This document shows positions 24,401 through 36,571 of a stretch of DNA of 64,000 bases, one piece after another. Both the position numbers and the translations under genes were made by a program. The DNA comes from Nitrospirota bacterium (GTDB taxonomy: Bacteria > Nitrospirota > UBA9217). The stretch covers positions 416,001 through 480,000 of the forward strand of contig CAVVUN010000012.1 of NCBI GenBank assembly GCA_963751455.1, in the 5' to 3' direction. Under the pieces are notes generated by a model. The model was not told the DNA's origin, made no database searches, and saw nothing but the letters and a program-made list of their open reading frames with translations. Numbering within the stretch: the stretch's first letter is position 1; every line of letters begins with the position of its first letter.

Positions 24401-27214
24401 CTCCCAGCCGCCCGTTGTCCTCGTTCCGGATCCCAGCCTGGTCCATGCTGTCCCATTCGTGGAGCCGTAGAAGATAACGCTTGAGACTTCCGGCAGTGCG
24501 CCGCTTCTCATCCAGCTGATTTTGGAGCCGTCGTAGTTGGCCGGGATGGTTTCAGAAGCCGTCCCGATATTTTTGAAGCCGGCGACATTGTTCCTGAACC
24601 CACCTTTTGCAAAATCGAAATCCCCGCCGATCAAGGTCCTGCCTTCCGGCAAAATCTCGTCACCGGGCAGGACCAGCAGGGAAGAGACGCTGCCGTCGGC
24701 ATAGGGAAGGAAATCCTGATCAAGGATCCAACGAGACTGTGTTTCGTTATATTCGTCCTCATAGTCCTGTTTATTGAGGCGGGCCAACCGATACCTGGCA
24801 ACATTGTCGACGAATTGAAAATAACCTCCAATGGTGATGTCCCCATTAGCCTGAAGCGCAATGGAACGTACAGGGCCGTCAATAATGGGATTGAATCCCG
24901 CGTCCAAACTTCCGCTGCCATTGAATCTGTCATTAGGACCGATAAACCTCAGCAGGTATGAAAAAGTTCCCCGGCCATACCAGTCAGTGACGGCAAATTC
25001 GCCTCCGACAAGGATTTTCCCGTCGGCCTGAACAGCAATGGCATCCACGGGTCCATTCATCAGCCTCGAATAGCTTTCAAAGGCGGAATCGACCCATCCA
25101 TTCGGCAACAGCCGCGCCAGGTAATACCGTTCATAATCTTTCTGGAAAGTTGCTTCATAGACCGAGGTAAAATCACCCCCGATGATTATCTTTCCGTCAT
25201 AAGGGTGGATAGCGATGGTCCTGACCGTTTTGTTCGGCTCTGCGGTGAATTGCGTATCAAGTGATCCGTCCGTATTCAGGCGGGCAAGATGCTTATGCGT
25301 CACCGTTCCACTCCCTTCGAACTCGCCTCCTATCAATATCTTGCCGTCAGCCTGGATGGCGATCGCATGAACAGTGCCGTCCATGCTTGGCGCAAAGCTG
25401 TCGACCGATCCGTCACTATTCAGGCGCGCGACGCGATACCGGCTCACAGTTGACGAGCCTTCCCGCGCTATTGTTGTGAACTGTCCTCCAATTACTATCT
25501 TGCCGTCATCCTGGATCGCAATCGCACGGACAGCGGCGTACTCGCTTGTAGAAGTCGCGCTGCTCTGAACACTGGGAGCAAAGGCGCCGTCGAGCGATCC
25601 GTCGGAATTCAGGCGGGCAAGGCGATTTATCTGCGTGCCGTTTACGGAAGTGAAATCACCGCCCAATAGTATCTTGCCGTCAGCCTGCCTGGCCATCGCA
25701 TAGACCGGGCCGTTCACGTTCGGGGCAAAGGTATTGTCGGGAGTTCTGGGTTCCGGGCTCTCATCAGGGGCAAAATAGGCGGTAATTGAGCGTTTCCCCG
25801 TGCAGGTGGTATCGTCATTGAAGTTAACGGTATAGGTGGCGGCGCTGCCCGCCGTCTTGCCGTCGATCTGCACGAAAGCTACATGATGTCCGGGGCTCGC
25901 TGTGAAGGTCCACGCGCTGCTCAAACCGTACTCGATGGTTCTGGTCGCCTGAGTAATGATGCTCCCCGCTGCGTCAGTAACAATGGTTGCCGTTTCGCCA
26001 GCGATAATGGTTCCCGTTGCGTCAGAATAAATGCTGCCTTCTCCAATCGTTTTTGCGGTAATGATTTGGGGTCTTCCTTGCCTGGCAGGATTCGTACAGT
26101 AATTCTGGTTGAGCCTTATTGCTTCGTCGGTTGCAAAAGTTCCAAAATCGTCAACAGAGAGAATGTTCGGCCAGAGCGGATAAATTAGACTCGAGCTCAG
26201 CACCGAAGAGAGCAGGTTCCCCGACAGGTAACCGTTTACGTGTTGTGCCAATTCCAATATGTCATCTGCCAGGTTAAAATAACAACCTATCTGTTGATTA
26301 GGCTGTTGGGTCAGAGTCCAGGAAAGAAGAAACAGCTTGTCCCCATGATGTGCCTGGTTACTCAGCTTCGTAAACTGATCAGATATCATATCATCGACAA
26401 TATTTTTATTTGCATAGTGGCCATAGACTCGCAAGTCATCATCAGGGCTTCCTAAATGGTCAGTTGTGCCTTCTGATCGTAATATACCGTTCTTTCTATC
26501 ATATGCATAGGAGGTGTCGAAGACCGCGATTGCCTGGCCTTTTTTCAATATGTCTTTAAAGGTCAATACCCGCATGTTCCCTTTTTCGGTCAAGTTTTCA
26601 TTGTCATCGAGTTTTACCAGATGATCACCGAGAATTGACTTCACCATGCCGGACAGGGCTTCTTTTGTTTGTGTCGTAAAAGTCGGCATTATGCCGCTTC
26701 CGTCCCGATCAAAGTAATGTGAGAAATTAAGGATCACCAATTCACCTGGATGGTTATCCAGAAAGACTTTAACATCGCGCAGAACGCCGGCTAAATTTTC
26801 CCCGTTACAACCGAGCGTAACATCTTTAGTTACAAAGGGAGCTAAAAGCAAATACTGAGGAGGGAATACATACCAGGGAAGCGTCATATGATCGTAGTGC
26901 CCCGTTACAAATTCGCCGTCAAACTTGAGCGGCCTCAAGTCAAAAAATCTGGAACCGGCCAATAGTTGATCGTAAACGGATTTATTCTGGGTCTTCGTAT
27001 TACACTCTGATGCGAACGACGCGCAATATTCGGTTACGGACATCGCCGCATCGTGTGATCCCGGTATCACAATCTGTTTGAGCGTTCTGTTCTCAAGAAG
27101 AGACTTCATATTCCGCATCCAGTTGGATTGATCTGCATGGGCCTGTTGCATCATCCCGCCTGAACATATCAGGACAAAAAGCAAGCCGGAAAGTAGTCGT
27201 TGCAGGGTGTTCAT
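12410..27214 (-). CDS. Giant secreted surface protein (~4900 aa if intact): PI-PLC X-like domain, delta-60 (DUF5122) beta-propellers, InlB-B-like/Ig repeats, Fn3-associated domain, C-terminal dockerin; broken by multiple frameshifts at ~17.8-22.9 kb
   Basis: ORFs 22697..27214, 20378..22618, fragments in 17883..20406 and 12410..17761 are collinear and share repeat types (QxDGKIxxGGxFT..RLNxDG). Signal peptide ending AHA; IPGSHDAAM..TQ..SVYDQLLAGSRFFDLRP; C-terminal GDLDADGDVDVADALKAL...GDVAP..DGKIDIGDVVVILRKAVGL. Confidence 0.75.
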
Positions 27215-27662
27215 TTTTCCTCCAAATTCTTAACTTTGACTTAACGCAGAAACAACGTGCGGTTAAGAACAGTTCGTGGTTGAATCGGAAGCTACGACAG
27301 CACGGTGGTGGGGTGGAGGTGTCGCCGCTTATCGGGGTAAAGATAGTGCGGTCAGTGTGTCAAAAAACGATAAGAGAGTCAAGGTAATTGTCACCTTTTT
27401 ATATTTATTATCCAATAAAAATTTGTCGATATTTTGGGTGAACTCTAGCTGCTGAATCCGATGGTGCGTAAATAGCAGTGTTCTGATTTTTATCGGTTTT
27501 TTTGATTATACTGCCGAGATATGAATACGAGACAGGGCTAAATCTTCTGGGATGGCCGGTCTCAGAAAAATCTGAAATCAGCTGTTCGCGAGGGGGAGAA
27601 CGTCTAAAAATGGGGAGGTAATCGTAAACACTGCAACTACTGCCAGAGTTTCTATTTTTAAT

Positions 27663-28391
27663 TTATTTCATCTTCCTTATCCGCACTTCAATGTCCTTGT
27701 TTCCCTTTAGCAGCGAAACGACGCGGGAAACGTCGGTATCACCGAAATGATACGGATAGAGAATTTTCGGTTTGAATGATTGAGCAGCACCCGCGACCAT
27801 TTCCGGCGTCATGGTGTAGGGCAGGTTCATGGGAAGAAAAGCAACATCGATATGCTGCAGCGCCTTCATCTCCGGCGTGTTTTCCGTATCGCCGGCAATA
27901 TAGATCCGCTTATCCCCGAAGGTCAGCACATAGCCATTGCCTTGCCCTTTCGGATGAAAGGGCTGGCCGTTATCCCGCTTGTGCACAAGATTATACGCGG
28001 GGACAGCCTCTATTCTGATTCCCTTCACCGTCTGAATGTCGCCGTTCTTCATCACACCGCCGCCCGGCAGTTTCTCGGAGCACTTCTCCGTCAGAATAAC
28101 CTTCGTGTCTTTGGTCCTGATCCGGTCAATGGCTGCGGGATCGAGATGGTCCTGATGGTCATGAGTAATCAGAATCAGGTCCGCCTTCGGCAGCTTCGAA
28201 TAATCCGTCAGCTTGCTGTAAGGGTCAATGTAAATGACTTCCTTATTGAACGTGATCATGAGAGATCCGTGCCCGATAAACGTGATAGCGACGTCTCCTG
28301 ACGCCGTTGTTATCACATCTTTTTCGAATTCCTGTGCCATGACGGGAACTGCAAGAAGGGCAAATACTATCGTGGCTAGAGCGAATTTCAT
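27663..28391 (-). CDS. Secreted MBL-fold metallo-hydrolase (beta-lactamase superfamily II)
   Basis: THDHQDHLD, YIAGDT, LPMNLPYTM, YPYH; ATG 28391 after AGGAGG. Confidence 0.85.
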   Translation of the reverse strand: MKFALATIVFALLAVPVMAQEFEKDVITTASGDVAITFIGHGSLMITFNKEVIYIDPYSKLTDYSKLPKADLILITHDHQDHLDPAAIDRIRTKDTKVILTEKCSEKLPGGGVMKNGDIQTVKGIRIEAVPAYNLVHKRDNGQPFHPKGQGNGYVLTFGDKRIYIAGDTENTPEMKALQHIDVAFLPMNLPYTMTPEMVAGAAQSFKPKILYPYHFGDTDVSRVVSLLKGNKDIEVRIRKMK

Positions 28392-28682
28392 GGAAAACCT
28401 CCTTAATGAAGGTGTCATTGTCAAAAGTGTTGCCACAGTCCTTTTTTAGGTCCCTGCTGTGAATGAGCAGATTATAGCAAAAAAGGCATGTCCGACATGA
28501 GAACCTTTTGTTGTTAGTGTAGCACCAGGACCGGGAGAACAAACCGACCAGCCAACAGGCATGCTCGGATTTATCTTGGGATTTGATTCTAATCTTTGAT
28601 ATACTTTTACAGTATATAAAGTGAGTTTTTGAATTGTTTTTTTCAGAGGGGCAAATTACACACCAGGGAGGAGTGCATAATA

Positions 28683-29168
28683 ATGAAGAAATTATCAATT
28701 CTTTTCGTATTGCTGCTTACAGCCTCAACAGCATCAGGCGCGCAGGATGGAATCGGTCTCGGCGTCATACTGGGTGAACCTACCGGCTTTACGTTCAAGA
28801 CCTGGACCAGCCGCTCGACCGCAATCGATGCCGCAGCAGCATGGTCATTCTCGGAAAATGAATCCTTCCAACTGCACGCCGACTACCTGATCAATCCCTT
28901 CTCTATGCCGAAGCCGCGGGAGATCACCGGAAGGATATTCTTCTATTACGGTATAGGCGCCAGGCTTAAGCTTCGGGATTCGGACAACGGGCGCGGCAGG
29001 AATGACAATGACGACCTGATCGGCATACGGTTCCCGGTCGGCTTTTCTTACATCCTGGCGGAAGCGCCTGTTGAATTTTTCGTGGAGCTCGTTCCTATTA
29101 TGGATATTGCTCCGGACACTGAAGCGGACTTGGATGCGGCGATTGGGGCGCGATATTACTTTAAGTGA
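28683..29168 (+). CDS. Outer-membrane beta-barrel protein (DUF3996-like)
   Basis: Signal peptide, GLGVILGEPTG, amphipathic strands, C-terminal ARYYF. Confidence 0.7.
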   Translation: MKKLSILFVLLLTASTASGAQDGIGLGVILGEPTGFTFKTWTSRSTAIDAAAAWSFSENESFQLHADYLINPFSMPKPREITGRIFFYYGIGARLKLRDSDNGRGRNDNDDLIGIRFPVGFSYILAEAPVEFFVELVPIMDIAPDTEADLDAAIGARYYFK

Positions 29169-29211
29169 ATCAGTCGGTCCGGCTGGGAATAACTCACCCT
29201 GGAAACTGCTG

Positions 29212-29329
29212 TTGGACGCAGATGAACGCAGATACATGCGGATAAAACAAATTTTGATGGAAAAACAATTTACCAGTAAATTTTTGATCAGCTTTTATCC
29301 GCGTTTATCCGGTTTTATCTGCGTCCCAA
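29212..29329. repeat. Intergenic inverted repeat with 9-nt periodic arms (ACGCAGAT type)
   Basis: Left TTGGACGCAGATGAACGCAGATACATGCGGATAAAA; right TTTTATCCGCGTTTATCCGGTTTTATCTGCGTCCCAA. Confidence 0.7.
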
Positions 29330-29345
29330 ATTGGTCTTTCCAGGT

Positions 29346-29801
29346 TCACAGCTTGAGCAGTAACTCATTGAGCAGCGCGGCCTGTGCCGGATTTATCTTC
29401 TGCTTTGCTTCCGGGATCTTAAACCAGCCTGCCCGGTCGGCTTCGGGAAACTCCTGCATCCTGCCCGATTTAGGCGGCCATTCCAGACTGAACATGTTGC
29501 TCGTGATCGAATCCGCGTCGCAGTCGCCTTCCGCGGCCCACGATACTACGATCTTGCCGCTTTTCTGCGTTACGGGCAGGAGCGAAATAAATGGGCCTTT
29601 AGGCCTGCATCCCGTTTCCTCCTCGAACTCGCGTTTGGCGGCAGCCAGTTCGTCCTCACCCTCGTTGAGCTCACCTTTCGGAATAGACCAAGCACCCGCG
29701 TCTTTCTTTCCGAAGAACGGCCCCCCGGGATGCACCAGAAAAACTTCGAGCGCATTGTTTATTTTTCGATACAACAGTATGCCGGCGCTGGTTTTCGGCA
29801 T
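29346..29801 (-). CDS. NUDIX hydrolase
   Basis: Nudix box PKG..EGEDELAAAKREFEEETG; VHPGGPF; FPEADRAGWF. Confidence 0.9.
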   Translation of the reverse strand: MPKTSAGILLYRKINNALEVFLVHPGGPFFGKKDAGAWSIPKGELNEGEDELAAAKREFEEETGCRPKGPFISLLPVTQKSGKIVVSWAAEGDCDADSITSNMFSLEWPPKSGRMQEFPEADRAGWFKIPEAKQKINPAQAALLNELLLKL

Positions 29802-29824
29802 TCCCACTCCTATTTCTATCGAAG

Positions 29825-31324
29825 TTAAAAAAGAGGCGCCTGTCCTGAAATAGTCAGGTATTTATTCACCAAGCCTGTGTATTCAGTAAACAGGGTCGAG
29901 GAGTATCCTGAATAATGGGTCGTGATTATGCTGCTGATCTTGTCTTTCGTAGCACGAGTGCCGAGCAACTCGGTAAATAGGAAGACCGTTTCCGCGTCGC
30001 GTATGTTGTTTTCCTGAAGCCCGAGGACCTCCCCGACGGTCTTTGTAAGGGTCTTCGTTATTTCCTGGTTGGTAACAGGATCTGTATACGTGGCGGTAAG
30101 CGTGAAATCGCGGGTGGTATCGGACGGCCCTGAGAAGACTTCATAGAAATACTGGCTCGTATTGTAGGAAAAGTTGGTTGGTGAAACGTCAGTCGCCACG
30201 GTTGATGTCTGTTCCGCTGCGCTTGTCGTATGGGTCCACGTTTCGGGAAAATCAAGCTTGAAGCGCACGTGTCGTGCGGCGACGGAAACAAGGGCGATGA
30301 ACCTGTCCTGAAACGCTCTTTGTGCGTCGTAGTTCGTGATGACCGTGAAGTAAGCGCCCTTGCCTGCCTCGGTAAGTTCGTTCAGGAACGCCTCCTGGAA
30401 ATCAGCGCCCATGCCGATGCCTGAAAAATATATCCCTTCCAGCTCATTTGTCCTGGTATTTTGCGAGATGATCGTACTGTTGATCTGGCCGATATTCGCG
30501 AATGCGTCTGTAATCATCACGACCCTGTTGAGTTTTGACTGGTCAAACGTGCTCAATGCGGCCTCATATCCTTTCTGAAGACCATCATCCAGGTTGGTCG
30601 ACGCGATAACTTTCAGGTTATTGACCGCGGGGATGAACGTAGTCGCAATTTGTGAATAAGGCACACTCTTCAGCACAATTGCAGCGCTGTCGGAGAAGGT
30701 TACCAGGTTAATGATGTCGCCCTCTTTCAAGGATGCTCCCAGCTGGTTCAGGCCATATTTGGCCACATCCAGTTTCATTGAAGAAATTTCCGCATCGCTG
30801 CTCGACAACTCACTCATCGATCCCGACACATCTACGACGAGGGTCAGCACTACGTTCTGTCTTTCCTCCAGGGTTATTTCGGGCGATGCCAGGTGCACTC
30901 CCAGATGATACTCGGATTCGCCGGAAGTCTGGGCGGGCCTGCTCAGGAGCCCCATCGAAACATTGAATATGCCGAAGGGCTCGGAGCCCGAGGGATCGAA
31001 GGATTCGTAATTAAAAAACTCCCAGGGCCTGGCAAGCGACGATGAAGGCAAGGTATTGTGGTTCAATTTGTACTTCACAAGTTCTACGGCTGCGGTGCTT
31101 GCTGAATCATCATACGAAAAATAAAAAAACTTGCTCCCGGAATCTACGCTTTCGCCGTTCGTGCTGTTCTGGTTGCGGTCAGATGAGTATCCGCTGCCTG
31201 CGCCCCCTCCGCCGCCGGGGCCAAGCGAATTGCTCTTGTCGCTCCCGCCCGATCCGCATCCGGCAAGAACGGACAGCAGAGCCAGGCAGAAAACCATTAT
31301 CATCACTCTTTTTTTCATGATCAT
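29825..31324 (-). CDS. VWA-domain lipoprotein (YfbK-like)
   Basis: Lipobox LAGC; MIDAS DVSGSM; STNL; RVVMITDA. Confidence 0.8.
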   Translation of the reverse strand: MIMKKRVMIMVFCLALLSVLAGCGSGGSDKSNSLGPGGGGGAGSGYSSDRNQNSTNGESVDSGSKFFYFSYDDSASTAAVELVKYKLNHNTLPSSSLARPWEFFNYESFDPSGSEPFGIFNVSMGLLSRPAQTSGESEYHLGVHLASPEITLEERQNVVLTLVVDVSGSMSELSSSDAEISSMKLDVAKYGLNQLGASLKEGDIINLVTFSDSAAIVLKSVPYSQIATTFIPAVNNLKVIASTNLDDGLQKGYEAALSTFDQSKLNRVVMITDAFANIGQINSTIISQNTRTNELEGIYFSGIGMGADFQEAFLNELTEAGKGAYFTVITNYDAQRAFQDRFIALVSVAARHVRFKLDFPETWTHTTSAAEQTSTVATDVSPTNFSYNTSQYFYEVFSGPSDTTRDFTLTATYTDPVTNQEITKTLTKTVGEVLGLQENNIRDAETVFLFTELLGTRATKDKISSIITTHYSGYSSTLFTEYTGLVNKYLTISGQAPLF

Positions 31325-31487
31325 CGTGATACCCTCCTTTTCATCCGATGCACCGGCTATTATTTGGTTTTCAAAAGATCATTTCAGACGGCGTGATAAA
31401 TTGTATCAAGAGTAGGATAATTATTTTAGAATGTCAATCTTTTCGGTGGGGTATTTTCGGGCGATGCTGATTTTGAGCACTGTAATG

Positions 31488-31522
31488 TAAAAAAACCGGC
31501 AGAGATTTCTCCCTGCCGGTCT
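31488..31522 (-). terminator. Intrinsic terminator after groEL
   Basis: ACCGGCAG..CTGCCGGT hairpin preceded by an A run on + (U tract on -). Confidence 0.7.
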
Positions 31523-31563
31523 TCGTTCCTCGCGAACTGGATGCTGTTGAAAAAACAGCTTCC

Positions 31564-33237
<1,674 letters not shown>

Positions 33238-33270
33238 TCATTTTAAATTGTTGGATAGTTGCCTGAAGAT

Positions 33271-33537
33271 CTAAGCCAGCACGCCCAGGACATCTTCTTC
33301 TTTTACGATCAGATACTCTACGTTGTCTAAATTGATCTTTGAGCCGGAATAACGGTCGAAAAGGACCTTGTCCCCGACTTTGAGTGACTTCACATCATCT
33401 CCGATTGCTTCTACCTTTCCGCTTTGGGGCTTCTCTTTTGCGGTGTCAGGAATATAAAGCCCTCCCGCAGTCTTTTCCAGTTCCGCTGTGTAGCTTACAA
33501 AAACTCTGTCCTTCAATGGTTTAAATTTAACACTCAT
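33271..33537 (-). CDS. groES: Co-chaperonin GroES
   Basis: KPLKDRV, TAGGLYIPDTAKEKPQ; upstream of groEL. Confidence 0.98.
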   Translation of the reverse strand: MSVKFKPLKDRVFVSYTAELEKTAGGLYIPDTAKEKPQSGKVEAIGDDVKSLKVGDKVLFDRYSGSKINLDNVEYLIVKEEDVLGVLA

Positions 33538-33593
33538 CTTTGCTACTCCTTTCTAATAGTTGTTTAATGAATACTCTTATATAGTATCACATT

Positions 33594-33620
33594 TTAGCAC
33601 TCATTTGTGGCGAGTGCTAA
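33594..33620. promoter_or_regulatory. CIRCE element (HrcA operator)
   Basis: Perfect TTAGCACTC-N9-GAGTGCTAA upstream of groES. Confidence 0.97.
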
Positions 33621-33748
33621 TATATTGATTCATAATGTAAATTGCAAATCGATTTACAGCTTATTTTTAATGATTATAGGTAATTTAAGGCTATTTTATA
33701 CAGATTTCATCATAAAATCTGATTTTATCTTCGATTATCTACAAAAAG

Positions 33749-33778
33749 AAAAAGCAGGGCAAAAAACCCTGCTTTTTC
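33749..33778. terminator. Bidirectional terminator after ctpA
   Basis: GAAAAAGCAGGG..CCCTGCTTTTTC. Confidence 0.7.
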
Positions 33779-33853
33779 AGTGAAACAACTCAGTTAAATT
33801 TTTTTGAGTGAATCCAAAAGTTCGAAAACAACCCGTCTAATTTTAGAAATGCG

Positions 33854-35266
33854 TCATTTTTCCTTCTTCACGGACATCGGCACGTTCTTAAAGACATCCT
33901 CTGCACGCGTCGCCGTCTTCAGGATCTCGATCGCTTTTTGTATTTGAATGTCTTCCTTTTCATCCTTGGGCATCAACTCCATCGCAAATTCCTCGTCAGC
34001 GGCGGCGCCCTCTTTTTTCAGTTCTTCCTTGACCGTGTCGTTCTTGAGGTGCCGATCAAGGTCCTTTTCCCGAACGACCACATGCACAGGGTCTCCGTTT
34101 TTCGGGTCTTTAACCGCGGGCAGCTTGATCTCAAGGTCAGGCGTAATTCCGACATTCTGGATGGACCTGCCGCTGGGCGTATAATACTTCGCGGTCGTCA
34201 AACGGATCCCGCCGTTATCCTCGAGGGGAAATACTGTCTGGACGGACCCTTTACCGAAAGTCTGTGTTCCGATGATCAGGGCCCGCTTCGAATCCTGCAG
34301 CGCGCCGGCGACGATTTCAGAAGCGCTGGCGCTGCCGGTATTGACTAATACGACAACGGGATACTCGCGAATAATCTTCGAGCCTGTCGTGAGATAATCT
34401 TTCCGGTCGGTCTTCTGTCTGCCCTGGAGATAGACCACCAGTTTGTCCTTCGGCAGGAACTTGCCGCTTACATCGACCGATGCATCCAGTATCCCGCCGG
34501 GGTTGTTCCGCATATCCAGTACAAGCTTCTTGATTCCCTTGGCTTCGAGTCCCTTCAGGGCCTTTTCCAGCTCTTCGCCGGTCTGGCCCTGGAATTGAAT
34601 GAGCTTCACATAGCCGATCTCGTCATCGAGCATCTTCGACTTTACGCTCTGGACCTTGATCGTATCGCGGATAATTTTGAACTCCCGGGGTTTGTCCCAC
34701 CCTTCCCGCATGATGAAAAGCCGGACTTGAGTGGATTTCGGCCCCCGCATTTTGTCCACTGCCTGCTCTATGGACATGTCCTTGGTCCATTCGTCGTCGA
34801 TCTTGAGGATCTTGTCGGCGGCTGCAAGCCCGGCACGGTCGCCGGGTGTGCCCTCGATGGGCGCGATGATGGTAAGCTGCTGGTTTTTGATTCCTATCTG
34901 GATTCCAATGCCCTGGAATTCGCCCTTGATGTCCAGGCTCATCTCTTTGAATGCGCGGGCCGCCATGTAGGACGAATGGGGGTCAAGGCCGGCAAGCATT
35001 CCCTTGATCGCGCCCTCGATCAGCTCCTTGGAGTCGGGGTTTTCCACGTAGTTTCTCTTGACCAGTTCGAGAGCCTGGGTGAACAGTCTCAGCTCTTCGT
35101 ACGTGGCCGACTTGGACTGCGCCACTTCCTGACCGATCAGAATTCCGGTCGTAAGCAGCACGAAGGTGCCTGCCAGCATCAATACGAGCACCATTGCAAT
35201 AAACTTTTTTCTGTTAACTTTGATCATGTCGCCTTCCTCCACGAATATCTTCATGCCGCTCTCCAC
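33854..35266 (-). CDS. ctpA: S41 family C-terminal processing peptidase (PDZ)
   Basis: LDPHSSY, DMRNNPGG, SASASEIVAGALQD, TFGKGSVQ. The true start may be a downstream Met. Confidence 0.93.
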   Translation of the reverse strand: MESGMKIFVEEGDMIKVNRKKFIAMVLVLMLAGTFVLLTTGILIGQEVAQSKSATYEELRLFTQALELVKRNYVENPDSKELIEGAIKGMLAGLDPHSSYMAARAFKEMSLDIKGEFQGIGIQIGIKNQQLTIIAPIEGTPGDRAGLAAADKILKIDDEWTKDMSIEQAVDKMRGPKSTQVRLFIMREGWDKPREFKIIRDTIKVQSVKSKMLDDEIGYVKLIQFQGQTGEELEKALKGLEAKGIKKLVLDMRNNPGGILDASVDVSGKFLPKDKLVVYLQGRQKTDRKDYLTTGSKIIREYPVVVLVNTGSASASEIVAGALQDSKRALIIGTQTFGKGSVQTVFPLEDNGGIRLTTAKYYTPSGRSIQNVGITPDLEIKLPAVKDPKNGDPVHVVVREKDLDRHLKNDTVKEELKKEGAAADEEFAMELMPKDEKEDIQIQKAIEILKTATRAEDVFKNVPMSVKKEK

Positions 35267-35276
35267 GCTTGTGACG

Positions 35277-36458
35277 TTATCTCCTGGCCAGCCAGGCGAG
35301 CGGGTCCTTCGCCTCTCCGTTCTGGCGTATTTCGAAATACAACTTCGCCCCCTTCAGGCTGCCGGTCTCTCCCGCGAGCCCGAGAACCTGACCTTTGAGC
35401 ACCCGCTCTCCTTTTTGCATATCCAGCTGTGAAAGGTTGCCGTAAAGAGTATAAAAACCGCTATTGTGCTCGAGAATCACCAGCTTGCCGTATCCGACGT
35501 ACCAGTCCGCATATGCCACCTGGCCGTCGCTCACCGCCTTGACAGGCTCTCCCTCACGCACTTCAATCTCGATGCCGCGTCGAAAAACCATCGTCCCGAA
35601 TTGCGGATGGCGCTGCATCCCGAATTGCGTGAGCACACGGCCTGTAGCCGGCCAGGGAAGCCGCGTCCGGTTCGAAGCCGCGGGCTGCAACTGTTCCGGA
35701 GACGGGACTCGCCCTGTTTTCTGCTCCTTGCGCTCCCGCTCGGTCTTCTTGACCATGGCCCAGAGGCTCACGGAGGACTCTTCCAGTTCGTGCAGCGCCT
35801 GCTCGTGGAGGCTCTTTTTACCCCTGACACCGGCCAACAATACCGCTTTCTTTCTTTTTCGGGACACGAGGGACGCCTTCCTCAGCTCGATCGCCCGCTT
35901 GCGCTCGAAAAGCGCCTGCTTCTTTTGTGAAATCTCCGCTTGCCGCGCTTCCATACGGTCGAGTGCAATTCCGTAATCGCGTATGATTGCGCGGTCCCGC
36001 TCGATGATGATGCCGAGGTACTTTATTCGTTTTAACGCATCGCCCAGATCATCGGCGGCCAACACCGCGTCGGAGTATCCCCTCCTGGTTATCTTGTAAA
36101 GCGCCCGCAGACGAAGAGCATAGGCCTTCTTTAATCCGTCCAGTTCGCGGCTGACCGCAGCATTATTCCTCTCGATGTCGCGAAGAGCTGCTTCAGTTTC
36201 CCGAAGATTTCGCTGCTGCTCAATGAGCTCCGCTTTTCCGGACTGGATGTCTTTGTCTATCGCGTCAAGTTCGGTCAGGATCGAACGTTCTTTTCTGTCC
36301 TGGCGGCGTATCTCTTTCTGTTTCTCCCGCATCTGTTGCCTGACACGGGACAATTCTTTCTTTTTGGCCGATGAGTCATCAGCACGTGCCGTCCGGGATC
36401 CGGATGCCGCAGCTACGATGAGCAAGAAGGCCAGAATGACCGAAACCCAGTTTTTCAT
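35277..36458 (-). CDS. envC: Murein hydrolase activator EnvC family (coiled coil plus degenerate M23)
   Basis: Long coiled coil; GYGKLVILEH..YTLYGNL, LYFEIR; follows ftsEX. Confidence 0.88.
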   Translation of the reverse strand: MKNWVSVILAFLLIVAAASGSRTARADDSSAKKKELSRVRQQMREKQKEIRRQDRKERSILTELDAIDKDIQSGKAELIEQQRNLRETEAALRDIERNNAAVSRELDGLKKAYALRLRALYKITRRGYSDAVLAADDLGDALKRIKYLGIIIERDRAIIRDYGIALDRMEARQAEISQKKQALFERKRAIELRKASLVSRKRKKAVLLAGVRGKKSLHEQALHELEESSVSLWAMVKKTERERKEQKTGRVPSPEQLQPAASNRTRLPWPATGRVLTQFGMQRHPQFGTMVFRRGIEIEVREGEPVKAVSDGQVAYADWYVGYGKLVILEHNSGFYTLYGNLSQLDMQKGERVLKGQVLGLAGETGSLKGAKLYFEIRQNGEAKDPLAWLARR

Positions 36459-36571
36459 GCATTTTCAAAACTATTCAGGTTTGCCGCCGAGCGCAAAGCA
36501 GGCTCGCATCAACAGCGTGCCACAGATAAGTCCGTGTACATAAGATCTCGCTTTGCGACGTAACAGAGTTC

